From the IMG/VR virus record IMGVR_UViG_3300005937_000011, positions 7,347-71,346 of that record: a stretch of 64,000 nt of DNA. One strand, written 5' to 3'. How positions within the stretch are numbered: the stretch's first letter is position 1; every line of letters starts with the position of its first letter. Both the position numbers and the translations under genes were made by a program. The stretch is from a virus. Lineage: Duplodnaviria > Caudoviricetes. The notes beneath the pieces are model-generated. The model saw nothing but the letters and a program-made list of their open reading frames with translations, was not told the DNA's origin and ran no database searches. This document shows, one piece after another, positions 45,830 through 54,529 of this stretch.

Positions 45830-46485
45830 GATGCTTTCTCACTTTCTATCACATTCATCAACTGCAATCCGATATAGTGTGAATAAGCAGGTGGTATAGC
45901 ATTTGCTATTTCTTTCTGCCTTGTCATCCAGGTAATTCCCATTGCTTTTTGAGCCTCGTCTTTCTGCCCAAAATGTCCGCCAATACACCAGAACTCATTG
46001 TCCTTGGCAATAGCGCCAGGTCTAGCAGCTTTTACTAGATGCTTAGGGTGATGTGGCTGGAAGAGGAAAATGTTGCTCTCAAAGTATCGGTGCCTGTACG
46101 TCTGCAGTCCAAACATGGCCCCACAAAGCATGATTGACTTGACAACAGGTGAACCAGGCACATTCTCAATTACATATGGCAGACCAGAGGCTTGGAACCT
46201 GGCTCTCACATCCTCAACTAGCCTTGGATGATTGTCTCTAGCCTCTGGGTGAAAGCCAGTTGCAAGAGAGTACCCAGGACAGGGAGGACTACAATGAATG
46301 ATAGAAAACCTATCTAGAGAAGTATTTTCAAGATAATCGAACATATTAGCCTGAACGAATGTGAACGGGAAAGAGGGTTGGGGTATTTGATCTACCCCAA
46401 CAATATCGAAGCCAGCTTGGTGATATCCCATAGCTGCACCACCAGCTCCACAACACAAATCAAGAAGAACAGGTTTTTTGCTCAT
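45826..46485 (-). CDS. DNA (cytosine-5) methyltransferase, short phage type
   Basis: LLDLCCGAGG (motif I), HCSPPC (IV), YVIENV (VI), YRHRYF, AIPPAY. Confidence 0.9.
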   Translation of the reverse strand: MSKKPVLLDLCCGAGGAAMGYHQAGFDIVGVDQIPQPSFPFTFVQANMFDYLENTSLDRFSIIHCSPPCPGYSLATGFHPEARDNHPRLVEDVRARFQASGLPYVIENVPGSPVVKSIMLCGAMFGLQTYRHRYFESNIFLFQPHHPKHLVKAARPGAIAKDNEFWCIGGHFGQKDEAQKAMGITWMTRQKEIANAIPPAYSHYIGLQLMNVIESEKAS

Positions 46486-47023
46486 TTAGCATTCCTCTCA
46501 ATCTCTCATTTTCTTCCTCTAGCTTGGCTATTTCTTGGAGAATATAATTTTTGTCTCGATGTCGAAGCGTGTGCTCTTTCCTAGAGAGGAGTTCCAAGTT
46601 TTCTAGCCTATTATCGTGCTTATCTTCGTTTTTGTGATGAACTGTCTCGTCACTAGATAAGCATCTACCCAAACTTTTTGCCATAACAAGTCTATGCTCG
46701 TATACGTAGCCCTTTTTTGAGACCATTGGATAAAAAGGGCTATCTGGCATCAATTGAACACTGATATAGCCATTAGGCGTTATAGATCTTCCTCCCTTCC
46801 AATTCCCATTCCGCTCGCCTTTGGGCGCTACCCTGATACGATGCACGTATATCCTACCGCATGGATAGCAGCGCACGCACTGTGGCTCTCCCTTTTTTAG
46901 CAATACCCACCTTTCCTTGCTACACTCTTCGCAGGCATGCCAGATCAGTTTATGTCTCCCATACCTCTTGTGCAAACCTACTTCTTCTGCATAAACCACA
47001 TCGCCTATTTTGGGGTTATCCAT
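46460..47023 (-). CDS. HNH homing endonuclease
   Basis: YVYEHRLVMAKSLGR.L...ETVHHKNEDKHDNRLENLEL. Confidence 0.9.
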   Translation of the reverse strand: MDNPKIGDVVYAEEVGLHKRYGRHKLIWHACEECSKERWVLLKKGEPQCVRCYPCGRIYVHRIRVAPKGERNGNWKGGRSITPNGYISVQLMPDSPFYPMVSKKGYVYEHRLVMAKSLGRCLSSDETVHHKNEDKHDNRLENLELLSRKEHTLRHRDKNYILQEIAKLEEENERLRGMLNEQKTCSS

Positions 47024-47549
47024 GCAGTTTCTCCTTCAACTCGCGGTTTTCTCTCTCTAGATTAGCAAGTCTTCGCACAAGAACGCTCATTTCCTGACTG
47101 TGCCTCTGCATATGCTCATTTCGAGAAAGAAGTTCCAAATTCTCTATTCGGTTATCTTTTTTATTTTCATTTACGTGATGTACATCTTCATCACTTGTTA
47201 AACACCTTCCAATGTGTTGAGCCATGACAAGTCTATGTTCAAGAATATATCCCTCCTTGCCTGCCATGGGAAAGAACTGACTTGACGAGTCAATCCATAA
47301 CTCGATATATCCCGCAATTGTCACTGATCTCCCACCATTCCAACGGGGGTTCCCTGGACCTCTGCCTTTAGGTCCGTTGCCTTTTGTCCCACATGGGCGA
47401 CACCGCAAGCTCTCAGGTTTGCCTTTTCTTAATGGCACCCATCTTTCTTTTCCGCATTCCATGCATGCAGCATAGATATGCACGGAATTGCTCTTAAAAC
47501 CAATGGCTTTACCTATTTGCGTTTCTCCTACAACTGGCATATTCCCCAA
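47016..47549 (-). CDS. HNH homing endonuclease (paralogue of 46460..47023)
   Basis: YILEHRLVMAQHIGR.L...EDVHHVNENKKDNRIENLEL. Confidence 0.9.
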   Translation of the reverse strand: MGNMPVVGETQIGKAIGFKSNSVHIYAACMECGKERWVPLRKGKPESLRCRPCGTKGNGPKGRGPGNPRWNGGRSVTIAGYIELWIDSSSQFFPMAGKEGYILEHRLVMAQHIGRCLTSDEDVHHVNENKKDNRIENLELLSRNEHMQRHSQEMSVLVRRLANLERENRELKEKLHG

Positions 47550-47640
47550 TTCCCTTTCACCTACTTCGCCCCACGGTATCCATTCGGGAAAAACCTACGC
47601 TAAGGATCTGACCATGGAAAAAAGCGGGGAATTGACTACT

Positions 47641-47850
47641 CTAAGCTCTGGGGCCTACCTGCCTTGCCTTTCGTTCGTAAATGCAATAAGGATGAGAGGA
47701 TTGCAATATTCCATGCGTCCGGTTACCTAGCCCCCGATGAACTTTAATACCTACATTGTCAACGCCTACAACCTCAAAGCCTGCCATGTGAAAACCCATT
47801 GACATTCCACCAGCTCCACAACACAAATCAAGTATCCTAGGCTTACTCAT
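47641..47850 (-). pseudogene. Truncated C5-methyltransferase remnant
   Basis: MSKPRILDLCCGAGGMSMGFHMAGFEVVGVD, then loss of homology and a stop; 26 bp identical to the intact gene. Confidence 0.75.
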
Positions 47851-48107
47851 CCCGCTTTCTCTCCTCTCCTGTACTTCCAAGCTCTCCCTCTTGCTTGCGC
47901 TCTCTTCTCCTCAAGCTTTTCTTGCCTTTCCTGCTCATACAGATAATTGAAATTGTGCAGATTGTATTGAATGAGTTCACGCTCTCTCTCGTTTTGAGGC
48001 TTATGAGTACACCAGAAATGCACAAGATGTCTCTGTGCATCCTCAAGATATGCCTCTAGACGCTCTACCTCACGCTTCATATTTTTCTTGCGTTGACGTT
48101 TATTCAT
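47847..48107 (-). CDS. Hypothetical basic coiled-coil protein
   Basis: Coupled ORF. Confidence 0.55.
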   Translation of the reverse strand: MNKRQRKKNMKREVERLEAYLEDAQRHLVHFWCTHKPQNERERELIQYNLHNFNYLYEQERQEKLEEKRAQARGRAWKYRRGEKAG

Positions 48108-48361
48108 CCCGCAATCTCCCCTCTCGTAGCTTCATTCCACAACTTCAATTTCATCTCATCAACTACCTTCTGTTGCACTTCGTTCATCTTGTACTTCTTG
48201 GCACGCAATACGAACTCTTGCTCTGTGTATGCCGAACGTCCGAGTGTGATGAAGGTCTGTGCTGAGCAGTAGGTGCAGTGACAGAGCGGGTTGTACCGCA
48301 CTCTGCCTTCCACACTATGTGGATAACTTGTCCACTTTTGTGGATATTTGGATGTACTCAT
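48104..48361 (-). CDS. Hypothetical protein
   Basis: Coupled ORF; CHCTYC. Confidence 0.55.
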   Translation of the reverse strand: MSTSKYPQKWTSYPHSVEGRVRYNPLCHCTYCSAQTFITLGRSAYTEQEFVLRAKKYKMNEVQQKVVDEMKLKLWNEATRGEIAG

Positions 48362-49302
48362 GATGCTAACTCACTTTCCTGATCAGGTACCAGCCAGTCT
48401 AAGAATGCGTGTAGCACTGTCTCGTATTTGACTGCTCTCAACTCAGGACAAGCGGCATTACTGCCAACAAGTCGAGATGCGTACATCTGCAGACTGTCAA
48501 TACTCATCTCTTTAGGCTCTTCCATCGCGATACACTCTAATGCCAGATCTACCAAGTATTCAGTGCGATATGGCTCTAGCTCGTAAACCAGGGATAAATC
48601 GTAGTGATTAGCCAGTCGATTAAGTGCTAACTCTCTACGTGGAAGAATAAACCGATTTGCAAAGGTGCTAACCACTCTCAGGTTTGCATTTGCATCATGG
48701 TAGTTAACCCAAGCCTCAACAAGGGTATTATCAGTAAACGTTTTACCTTTCTCAGTTTTTGACTCCTGTACTTCCACCTCATTAACGTCAATCTTGTGCT
48801 GACCTATAAAGTCAGTGACTATCTTTGCAAAGGTGTTAGGGGGAGTATGATCAACATCTGACTCTTCTTGCATAATCCATTTCTCCGTAATTGGGCATTG
48901 TACCCGGCCATCCTCACGAGCGTACCCGCGAAAATGATTAAATTTAAACCTGAATATTTGCCGATGGACAAGGTCACGGCACACAGTTTTGAACACTGCA
49001 AGCTTTGTTGGAGGGCTCAACAGTTTTTTATAGCTGAAATTCTCTGCAGAACCATCTAGCCTAATCGCATAGAAGCCACGAGATATTGAGCTCTCTTGAC
49101 GAACTTCAAAGGCCTCAACCCCACAGCCTATCTTCTGCTCAGCATTTGGGTGATTTTGTAGCAACTCAAGCAAGAATGCACTATCCTGAGCTGCTACCCT
49201 GGTACCGAGAGGGTACGCATACAGAATACTTCGTACCCTCTCTCGAATGGCTGCTTTCGTCTTGAAAAACTCACCATTGACGGTGTAGCCTTTTACACGC
49301 AT
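48358..49302 (-). CDS. DUF3223 (DCL)-like domain protein with HNH-like central region
   Basis: LLQNHPNAEQKIGCGV..F..RGFYAIRLDGSAENFSY; DVDH..P.TF...W..YH...LRVV. Confidence 0.65.
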   Translation of the reverse strand: MRVKGYTVNGEFFKTKAAIRERVRSILYAYPLGTRVAAQDSAFLLELLQNHPNAEQKIGCGVEAFEVRQESSISRGFYAIRLDGSAENFSYKKLLSPPTKLAVFKTVCRDLVHRQIFRFKFNHFRGYAREDGRVQCPITEKWIMQEESDVDHTPPNTFAKIVTDFIGQHKIDVNEVEVQESKTEKGKTFTDNTLVEAWVNYHDANANLRVVSTFANRFILPRRELALNRLANHYDLSLVYELEPYRTEYLVDLALECIAMEEPKEMSIDSLQMYASRLVGSNAACPELRAVKYETVLHAFLDWLVPDQESELAS

Positions 49303-49345
49303 AGCAACACTCCTTTACTTATCTAGCCTTTGACTATAAGACACA

Positions 49346-51475
49346 CTATATCTGTGACAACTTACGCCGTATCTCTTCTAAGCCTATTGCTACTTTCTTA
49401 GCATCGTTACTCTTTGCAAGATCTATCAACCGTCTACAGTACTCATTAGGTGTAACCATCTCATTGGAGAGATCACTGCCAGGGACATTCCACATGAGAG
49501 TACCGTGTGGTGCCAGCTTCTCACGAGACACCTGACTCAATTGCTTGTAGAGATCTCGATATTCTTGGAGAGCGGAAACTGATACAGGTTCACCGTCCAA
49601 AACCGAATTTGTTGTAGACACTGTAGACGCCGTAGACGCTACCTCTATTTTTACCTCTTCAGACGGCTCTACAGGCCCATCCACATATGCGTCTTCACCG
49701 TAGACGCTCCGTAGACGCTCTCTACTTTCCGTAGACGCTTTTGGAGTAGAATAGCCTCCGTCTACAGCGTCTACAGCGTCTATACTGTCTACAGCGTCTA
49801 CAGCGTCTACGGAGTTTGTACTTTTACTTTCTTCATGTTTAGGGGAAGGAATAAGGGTAACATAGCCTGCCTTCGTACCTTTCTCCTTATCCTCCTCTAC
49901 CCACATAATCTGATCATCATTCTTCATTTTAAAGAGAAGCTTACGAGTCTTATCACTATCAGCAGAGCCATCTACTAGTTCAGCTATAGCTTTAGGCATC
50001 ATCGGTGTAATGGCACCTGCCAAGAAGTCAATAATGGTTCTTCTCTCTTGACTAAGGGTATAGTAGATAGCTGTCTGTCCATCTCCTAATACCTTCCACA
50101 TACCATTATTAAAGGCTATAGCTAGGTTTACTTCTTCTTTATAGTCACGTCCTGATGCATAGAGTGTACCCTCTGCTTCGTTTCTACCGCGTTTTACACT
50201 GATAAACCCATCAGCACAGGCGGTTACACCTGTTGTGGCGTTCAGTTCGTCAAATGGGTCATCTGCGTTTGCCTTACGGAGGTGGAACTGAATAAGGATG
50301 CATATCCCAAATTTGTCAGATAGCTTCTTAATTCCCTCTAAAGCCTCATACTCAGCATCGTACCCTGTTTCGCCGCTTCGACTTCTTAAGCGCGGTTTTA
50401 CTTTAACCCAAGGATCGATGATAACCAATCGGGTGTTGGGATGAGCAATAAGCCAATCCTCCAACTCCGCTAAACCTCTTGCATCCAACCTAGGCCATTC
50501 CGTCCAAATGTGCAGTCCTTTTGGCGCTTCAGCCCCGGGTGCTAGCAGTTGCCCGATACGGTCCTGTAATCTGCGCTCTGTATCCTCTAGGGCCATGTAG
50601 AGCACATCGCCTTGTCTTACCTGATATCTTCCCAAAGCAATCCCGCCAGAGGCTACAGCCAAGCTCAGGTTAAGGTCAAACCAGGATTTGCCTATTTTCT
50701 GCTTGCCTCCCAAGACAATGAGCCCTGCAGGCAGGATATCGGGCACAACATAGTCGATAGGAGGAAACTCTTTTTTCATCAAATCGTATGCAGATATTGG
50801 CGTTGGTTTCCCTATCTTCTTGCGCTCGTTTTCTTCCTTTGCTGACCGGAGCAGGCTTGTAAATTCGCGCATTGGAAAGCTGCTACCCCAGACATCGAAT
50901 GCAGCCAAGCGGATACGATCCTGCTCAAATGGGTCCATCTCAGTAATCACACTTGCAAGGGCGTAGAGGGCTTGTTTGTCCCGGTTGACCAGGGCTTGCA
51001 TAATACCTTTGTGTTCAATCTTCCATTCTGGCAGTGGAGCATCTTCTTTAGGTGCCTGCCTTCTGTCTCCTCTTGGTTCTTTTGGAGTGTATGCATCTGG
51101 CTCAAAGTGTAACCTGAATTCCTTCCAACCTCTCCCTTTACAGCTATTGTGTGAACAACTAGCTGCTAAACGCCCATCACCGAATTCATATAGACAGGCG
51201 CTATTGTCCGTATGAGATGGGTCCCACACGCACGCTCTCAGCATGTGTCGCGTTCCACCCTGGTACGGCCCGCTTGATTTGATATCCACATGATATTTTT
51301 GAATATAAAACTCTAAATTGCGTGTTTCACGTACCCACAGAGGTGGATTATGTCCATTCATCTGGTTAGAGGTTGCCTTCACCTCAATTGGTGCCGCTAT
51401 AGCTTCTAGTAAGTGTCTTGGAACAGGTTGTCTATTAGAACTCAAGAATTCGTGAGAATCGGTGTGGGCGCTCAT
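49346..51475 (-). CDS. RepA/AAA_25-type replicative helicase with N-terminal Zn-binding domain
   Basis: GGKQKIGKS Walker A, LVIIDP Walker B, FHLRKA; CVWDPSH...CSHNSC; probable ATG at 51475 with AAGGAG RBS. Confidence 0.85.
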   Translation of the reverse strand: MSAHTDSHEFLSSNRQPVPRHLLEAIAAPIEVKATSNQMNGHNPPLWVRETRNLEFYIQKYHVDIKSSGPYQGGTRHMLRACVWDPSHTDNSACLYEFGDGRLAASCSHNSCKGRGWKEFRLHFEPDAYTPKEPRGDRRQAPKEDAPLPEWKIEHKGIMQALVNRDKQALYALASVITEMDPFEQDRIRLAAFDVWGSSFPMREFTSLLRSAKEENERKKIGKPTPISAYDLMKKEFPPIDYVVPDILPAGLIVLGGKQKIGKSWFDLNLSLAVASGGIALGRYQVRQGDVLYMALEDTERRLQDRIGQLLAPGAEAPKGLHIWTEWPRLDARGLAELEDWLIAHPNTRLVIIDPWVKVKPRLRSRSGETGYDAEYEALEGIKKLSDKFGICILIQFHLRKANADDPFDELNATTGVTACADGFISVKRGRNEAEGTLYASGRDYKEEVNLAIAFNNGMWKVLGDGQTAIYYTLSQERRTIIDFLAGAITPMMPKAIAELVDGSADSDKTRKLLFKMKNDDQIMWVEEDKEKGTKAGYVTLIPSPKHEESKSTNSVDAVDAVDSIDAVDAVDGGYSTPKASTESRERLRSVYGEDAYVDGPVEPSEEVKIEVASTASTVSTTNSVLDGEPVSVSALQEYRDLYKQLSQVSREKLAPHGTLMWNVPGSDLSNEMVTPNEYCRRLIDLAKSNDAKKVAIGLEEIRRKLSQI
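49614..49810. repeat. Iteron-like GTAGAC cluster (six forward, six inverted copies)
   Basis: GTAGAC at 49614, 49623, 49632, 49700, 49711, 49731; GTCTA(C/T) at 49760, 49769, 49778, 49787, 49796, 49805. Confidence 0.85.
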
Positions 51476-52136
51476 CTGTATTGTCTCCTTTACATGCCAG
51501 TGTTCCATAAAGTTTGATAATGCGTGAAGGGTTGAATAAAGTTTGATCCACGTGAATTCCGTCTTCATCGAAACGAGCTGCTAGGCCTTCAAGAATGCGT
51601 TTGACGAGAGGTGTTTCAGTTGTGGGAAGGTCAATCGTGTACAGCAGATGAGAGCCGTTACCACTGTCTGCAAAAATAGGCTCAGGCCATCCTTCTGCTC
51701 TGAGGGTTTCGCGTATCTTGCGACTATGCGCCAGGGCTTTTTCGTGTTCCTCTTCGGTTGAGGAGATATTAGTAACTCGGTCTGGGTCACTATCAATAGC
51801 CAGCCACCGATAGCCGATGATGTATTTATCAGGTGTGCTGAAGTCTTTCTTTTGTGGGACAAGTTTATTTTTTGCACGATGAAGTAAGTCAGGGTGACAC
51901 GGCTGAAGCGTGATATAGATACCCGTGGCCCGACGAAGTGTAGATATTTCTTTGAGTAGATCGTTAATATTATCGAAGTAGCCACCCAGTGTCTGGGTAT
52001 ATCGGCTATTTTGTTCCGTGGAAGCTTCTAAGGCTCGTATCTCGACAACTTGACCAGGGGTAGTAAGCAGCTGATAGGCGCGTCTTACCTCCTGAATATT
52101 GACTAGTTTTGAAGGAAGATTGCGGATATTTGTCAT
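51435..52136 (-). CDS. Archaeo-eukaryotic-type primase domain protein
   Basis: WLAIDSD (DxD), DSGNGSHL, NPSRIIKLYGT motifs. Confidence 0.8.
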   Translation of the reverse strand: MTNIRNLPSKLVNIQEVRRAYQLLTTPGQVVEIRALEASTEQNSRYTQTLGGYFDNINDLLKEISTLRRATGIYITLQPCHPDLLHRAKNKLVPQKKDFSTPDKYIIGYRWLAIDSDPDRVTNISSTEEEHEKALAHSRKIRETLRAEGWPEPIFADSGNGSHLLYTIDLPTTETPLVKRILEGLAARFDEDGIHVDQTLFNPSRIIKLYGTLACKGDNTDERPHRFSRILEF

Positions 52137-52320
52137 GGGTGTGCTTCCCTTTCACACCTTGGCTCTTGCACTGACTGACTTGATATATGACTGTCGGTCA
52201 GATACAATAGCAACAAAGCGTATTGGTCTAGTGCTATTGCGACCGGGTACCAATCGAGACGCAATAGCTTGGACATTGGTAAGAAATTAGGGCATTGACT
52301 TCTGTCAGTGCTCTTTTTTT

Positions 52321-52408
52321 GTACCTTGTCAAATTTTATTTTGTCGTGTACAATGTTTGTATTGTACATCTTGTCAAGGTAACTTGTCAAGAAGGTACAT
52401 CTTGTCCA
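52321..52408. promoter_or_regulatory. Divergent promoters with four imperfect direct repeats
   Basis: Plus strand: TTGTCA-17-TACAAT (52326-52354); minus strand: TTGACA-18-TACAAT; GTA(C/A)x(0-2)CTTGTC(A/C)A x4. Confidence 0.6.
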
Positions 52409-52435
52409 ACTAGTACAGAAAGGTTTTTGAATAGT

Positions 52436-52669
52436 ATGGGTAACGATAAATTGCTGAGCACAAAAGAAGTCCTGAGTAGATTGCAGATAAGTCGTACAAC
52501 GCTTTACGCGCTTATAGATCGTGGCAAGATCAAGCCTGTAGAGAAACCGTCGTATCTGGAGAGACATGCTAAGCTTCAGTTCAAAGAAAGCGATGTAGAA
52601 CGGCTTCTCTCTGGTGAGCCTACTGATGAAGAAGAGTCTCCTCAAGACCGTGTTGCTATTGCATCGTAG
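52436..52669 (+). CDS. MerR/HTH_17 DNA-binding protein
   Basis: LLSTKEVLSRLQISRTTLYALIDRGKI...FKESDVERLL. Confidence 0.85.
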   Translation: MGNDKLLSTKEVLSRLQISRTTLYALIDRGKIKPVEKPSYLERHAKLQFKESDVERLLSGEPTDEEESPQDRVAIAS

Positions 52670-52699
52670 GGACGGGGCTCTCCTGTCCCTTTCTTTTTT
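52668..52699 (+). terminator. Intrinsic terminator
   Basis: AGGGACGGG/CCTGTCCCT stem plus T-rich tail. Confidence 0.75.
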
Positions 52700-52809
52700 G
52701 CCTTTCCCTTGTGTAACTCCTCTAGAACATTCATTCTCGTTATTGCCCCATGACTTCCTGTGCACACTAGAACTCGAATTCGAGCGTGTATTTGGCGTTG
52801 CGGTGTTGT

Positions 52810-53127
52810 TCATGCTTCTTTCTCCTGTTTCTTTGGGCGTTGACCATAGGTTAGGGCTGCTTTGTCCGCCTGCTCTCTCGTCTCAAATAGCCTCATGTAA
52901 CCTATGCGCCAATACTCTCTAGGTGGCTTTGTTTCGATGAGTACCGAGTTGCTCCCTCCCCAAATCACTAAGCCCGGATCTGGTTTCCAGGTCGGATTGA
53001 TGATCAAGAGATGGCTTTGTCCACAGCAAGACCAATCATGGTAATTGCGGTCCCATCGCGGCTCTAGATGGAGCAGATAGCCTTCTGGTGTCTCTTCTAC
53101 ATCTCGTATTTTGGCGTCTATACTCAT
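52810..53127 (-). CDS. Hypothetical protein
   Basis: ATGA-coupled array. Confidence 0.6.
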   Translation of the reverse strand: MSIDAKIRDVEETPEGYLLHLEPRWDRNYHDWSCCGQSHLLIINPTWKPDPGLVIWGGSNSVLIETKPPREYWRIGYMRLFETREQADKAALTYGQRPKKQEKEA

Positions 53128-53321
53128 GCCTGCTTGTCCTTTCTCGTCGTTGTATTGCCACTAGTAGTAATTGTGTAGGGATGCATTGCATACTCGATAT
53201 CTAGCATAATTTGCATCGTTTCGCGATAAATGGGCATGACTTCGTGGTAGATGCGCATGGTTTCCTCAAAGTCAGGGTTTTGTTGCTTGTAAGCTTCTAG
53301 GTGGTCAAAGATGGTGTTCAT
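53124..53321 (-). CDS. Hypothetical protein
   Basis: GGAG RBS; coupled. Confidence 0.6.
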   Translation of the reverse strand: MNTIFDHLEAYKQQNPDFEETMRIYHEVMPIYRETMQIMLDIEYAMHPYTITTSGNTTTRKDKQA

Positions 53322-53333
53322 GCTTGTTGCTCC

Positions 53334-53465
53334 TTATGGATAATAACACGTGCCTTCTTCGCTGCATATTGCGCCTGTGTGTTCTATAGGCCGTGTATTC
53401 GTCTTGCTGCGTCGTTTCAGCTCTAACCATGCCATGAATGCTCGTGAGTCTTTTGTGTAGCTCAT
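53334..53465 (-). CDS. Small hypothetical protein (43 aa)
   Basis: Hand-translated MSYTKDSRAF...; ATGA-coupled. Confidence 0.5.
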   Translation of the reverse strand: MSYTKDSRAFMAWLELKRRSKTNTRPIEHTGAICSEEGTCYYP

Positions 53466-53773
53466 GCTTCTCGCTCCTGATCTGTTTTGTCTTGCTTTTC
53501 AACCTTCTCTCGAATTTGCTTCTCACGTACAGCAGCACGCCACAGGCAGAGTTGCATCGTTTGCGCACTCGCTGAATGCTGCTCACCATCGATGCTCTTC
53601 CAGACAATAGTCCACCAGAAACGGGTAGAGACGTCTGGTCTGTAGTTGCATCCGAGTGTGGCTAGCCCTTGTCCATTGAGCACAACATCTTTCAGAAAGT
53701 CCTCAGGGACAATTTCCGCCCATTCGATGGCCCGTCTGGCCTCGTAGACAGCAGAGTCAAAGAGTGAGGTCAT
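53462..53773 (-). CDS. Hypothetical protein
   Basis: Coupled ORF. Confidence 0.6.
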   Translation of the reverse strand: MTSLFDSAVYEARRAIEWAEIVPEDFLKDVVLNGQGLATLGCNYRPDVSTRFWWTIVWKSIDGEQHSASAQTMQLCLWRAAVREKQIREKVEKQDKTDQEREA

Positions 53774-54042
53774 GCTTTTTTATCCTTTTCTACTAACTCA
53801 AGCTTGTCACCTTCACATACTTCTGTCTCACATATCATGAGTGAATTATCTAATATTTCACCTGTTCTCTCTAGTTTGAGATATGTCTCTACGTTCACCC
53901 ATTTCTCATCAGGTACCTTAAATGCCATGCATGCTCTTGCTAGTGCGCTGTAGACGGTGTATTGCGCTTTTACTCGTACGTCCTTGGTAACGCCTTTGTA
54001 GGTAACATGGACTGTATGGTATTGTCCGTCTATAGTGTTCAT
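53770..54042 (-). CDS. Ubiquitin-like (beta-grasp, YukD/EsaB-like) protein, 90 aa
   Basis: VHVTYKG.TKDVRV...TV..AL.RAC..F....L.LERTGEILDNS..I.E..V.EGDKLELV; AGGAG RBS before ATG 54042. Confidence 0.6.
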   Translation of the reverse strand: MNTIDGQYHTVHVTYKGVTKDVRVKAQYTVYSALARACMAFKVPDEKWVNVETYLKLERTGEILDNSLMICETEVCEGDKLELVEKDKKA

Positions 54043-54329
54043 GCCTCTGTCTCCTGCTTTAGGCACCATTTTCCTAGTGCTCGTAAGTTGCTCTTGTCAA
54101 GCTCAGCAAATACCTCATCCTCGCTGACAAGGATGGGGAAGGTCATTTGTCCATTGACTGTCTCGTGACGGCGTGTTGTGGTCACCATGGCTATCCACAG
54201 GCAGTACTCTTCGTCGAGGACAAGCACGGTAGCCTCGTGAATGCGCCATCCGTATTTTTTGATGACGTGGTCCATTGAGTCTGCGATGGTCATGCATCTT
54301 TCTCCTCTGCATCTCTTTTCATCACCCAA
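54039..54329 (-). CDS. Hypothetical protein
   Basis: Coupled; probable start MTIAD. Confidence 0.55.
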   Translation of the reverse strand: MGDEKRCRGERCMTIADSMDHVIKKYGWRIHEATVLVLDEEYCLWIAMVTTTRRHETVNGQMTFPILVSEDEVFAELDKSNLRALGKWCLKQETEA

Positions 54330-54529
54330 GAACGTAAGTGCTCGAAAGAGCAGAAGTGCAGAGCTTCTTGACTAGCAAGCCTAAGGAAGGACTTTCTACG
54401 CTGGACGAGAGCTATCCAATATCCTGGCAACCGTTCTATGCCGTCTTTCGTGTTTGCTATGTTGTTGCATTCTTCACATTTTATGCCAATGTAGTGCATT
54501 TTATTGCTCCTTAAGCTTCTCTTCCACAT
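54290..54529 (-). CDS. Small Zn-finger-like protein
   Basis: CEEC...HFCS. Confidence 0.55.
   Translation of the reverse strand: MWKRSLRSNKMHYIGIKCEECNNIANTKDGIERLPGYWIALVQRRKSFLRLASQEALHFCSFEHLRSWVMKRDAEEKDA

Noticed and set aside
46460-47760. Group I intron carrying HNH genes inside the methyltransferase
   Set aside because: The downstream MTase already has its own start and motif I, so there is no second exon to join; no intron core elements were recognised.
49614-49810. CRISPR mini-array
   Set aside because: The units are 9 bp and contiguous with no spacers, and they lie in frame within a gene. No repeat-spacer array was seen elsewhere.
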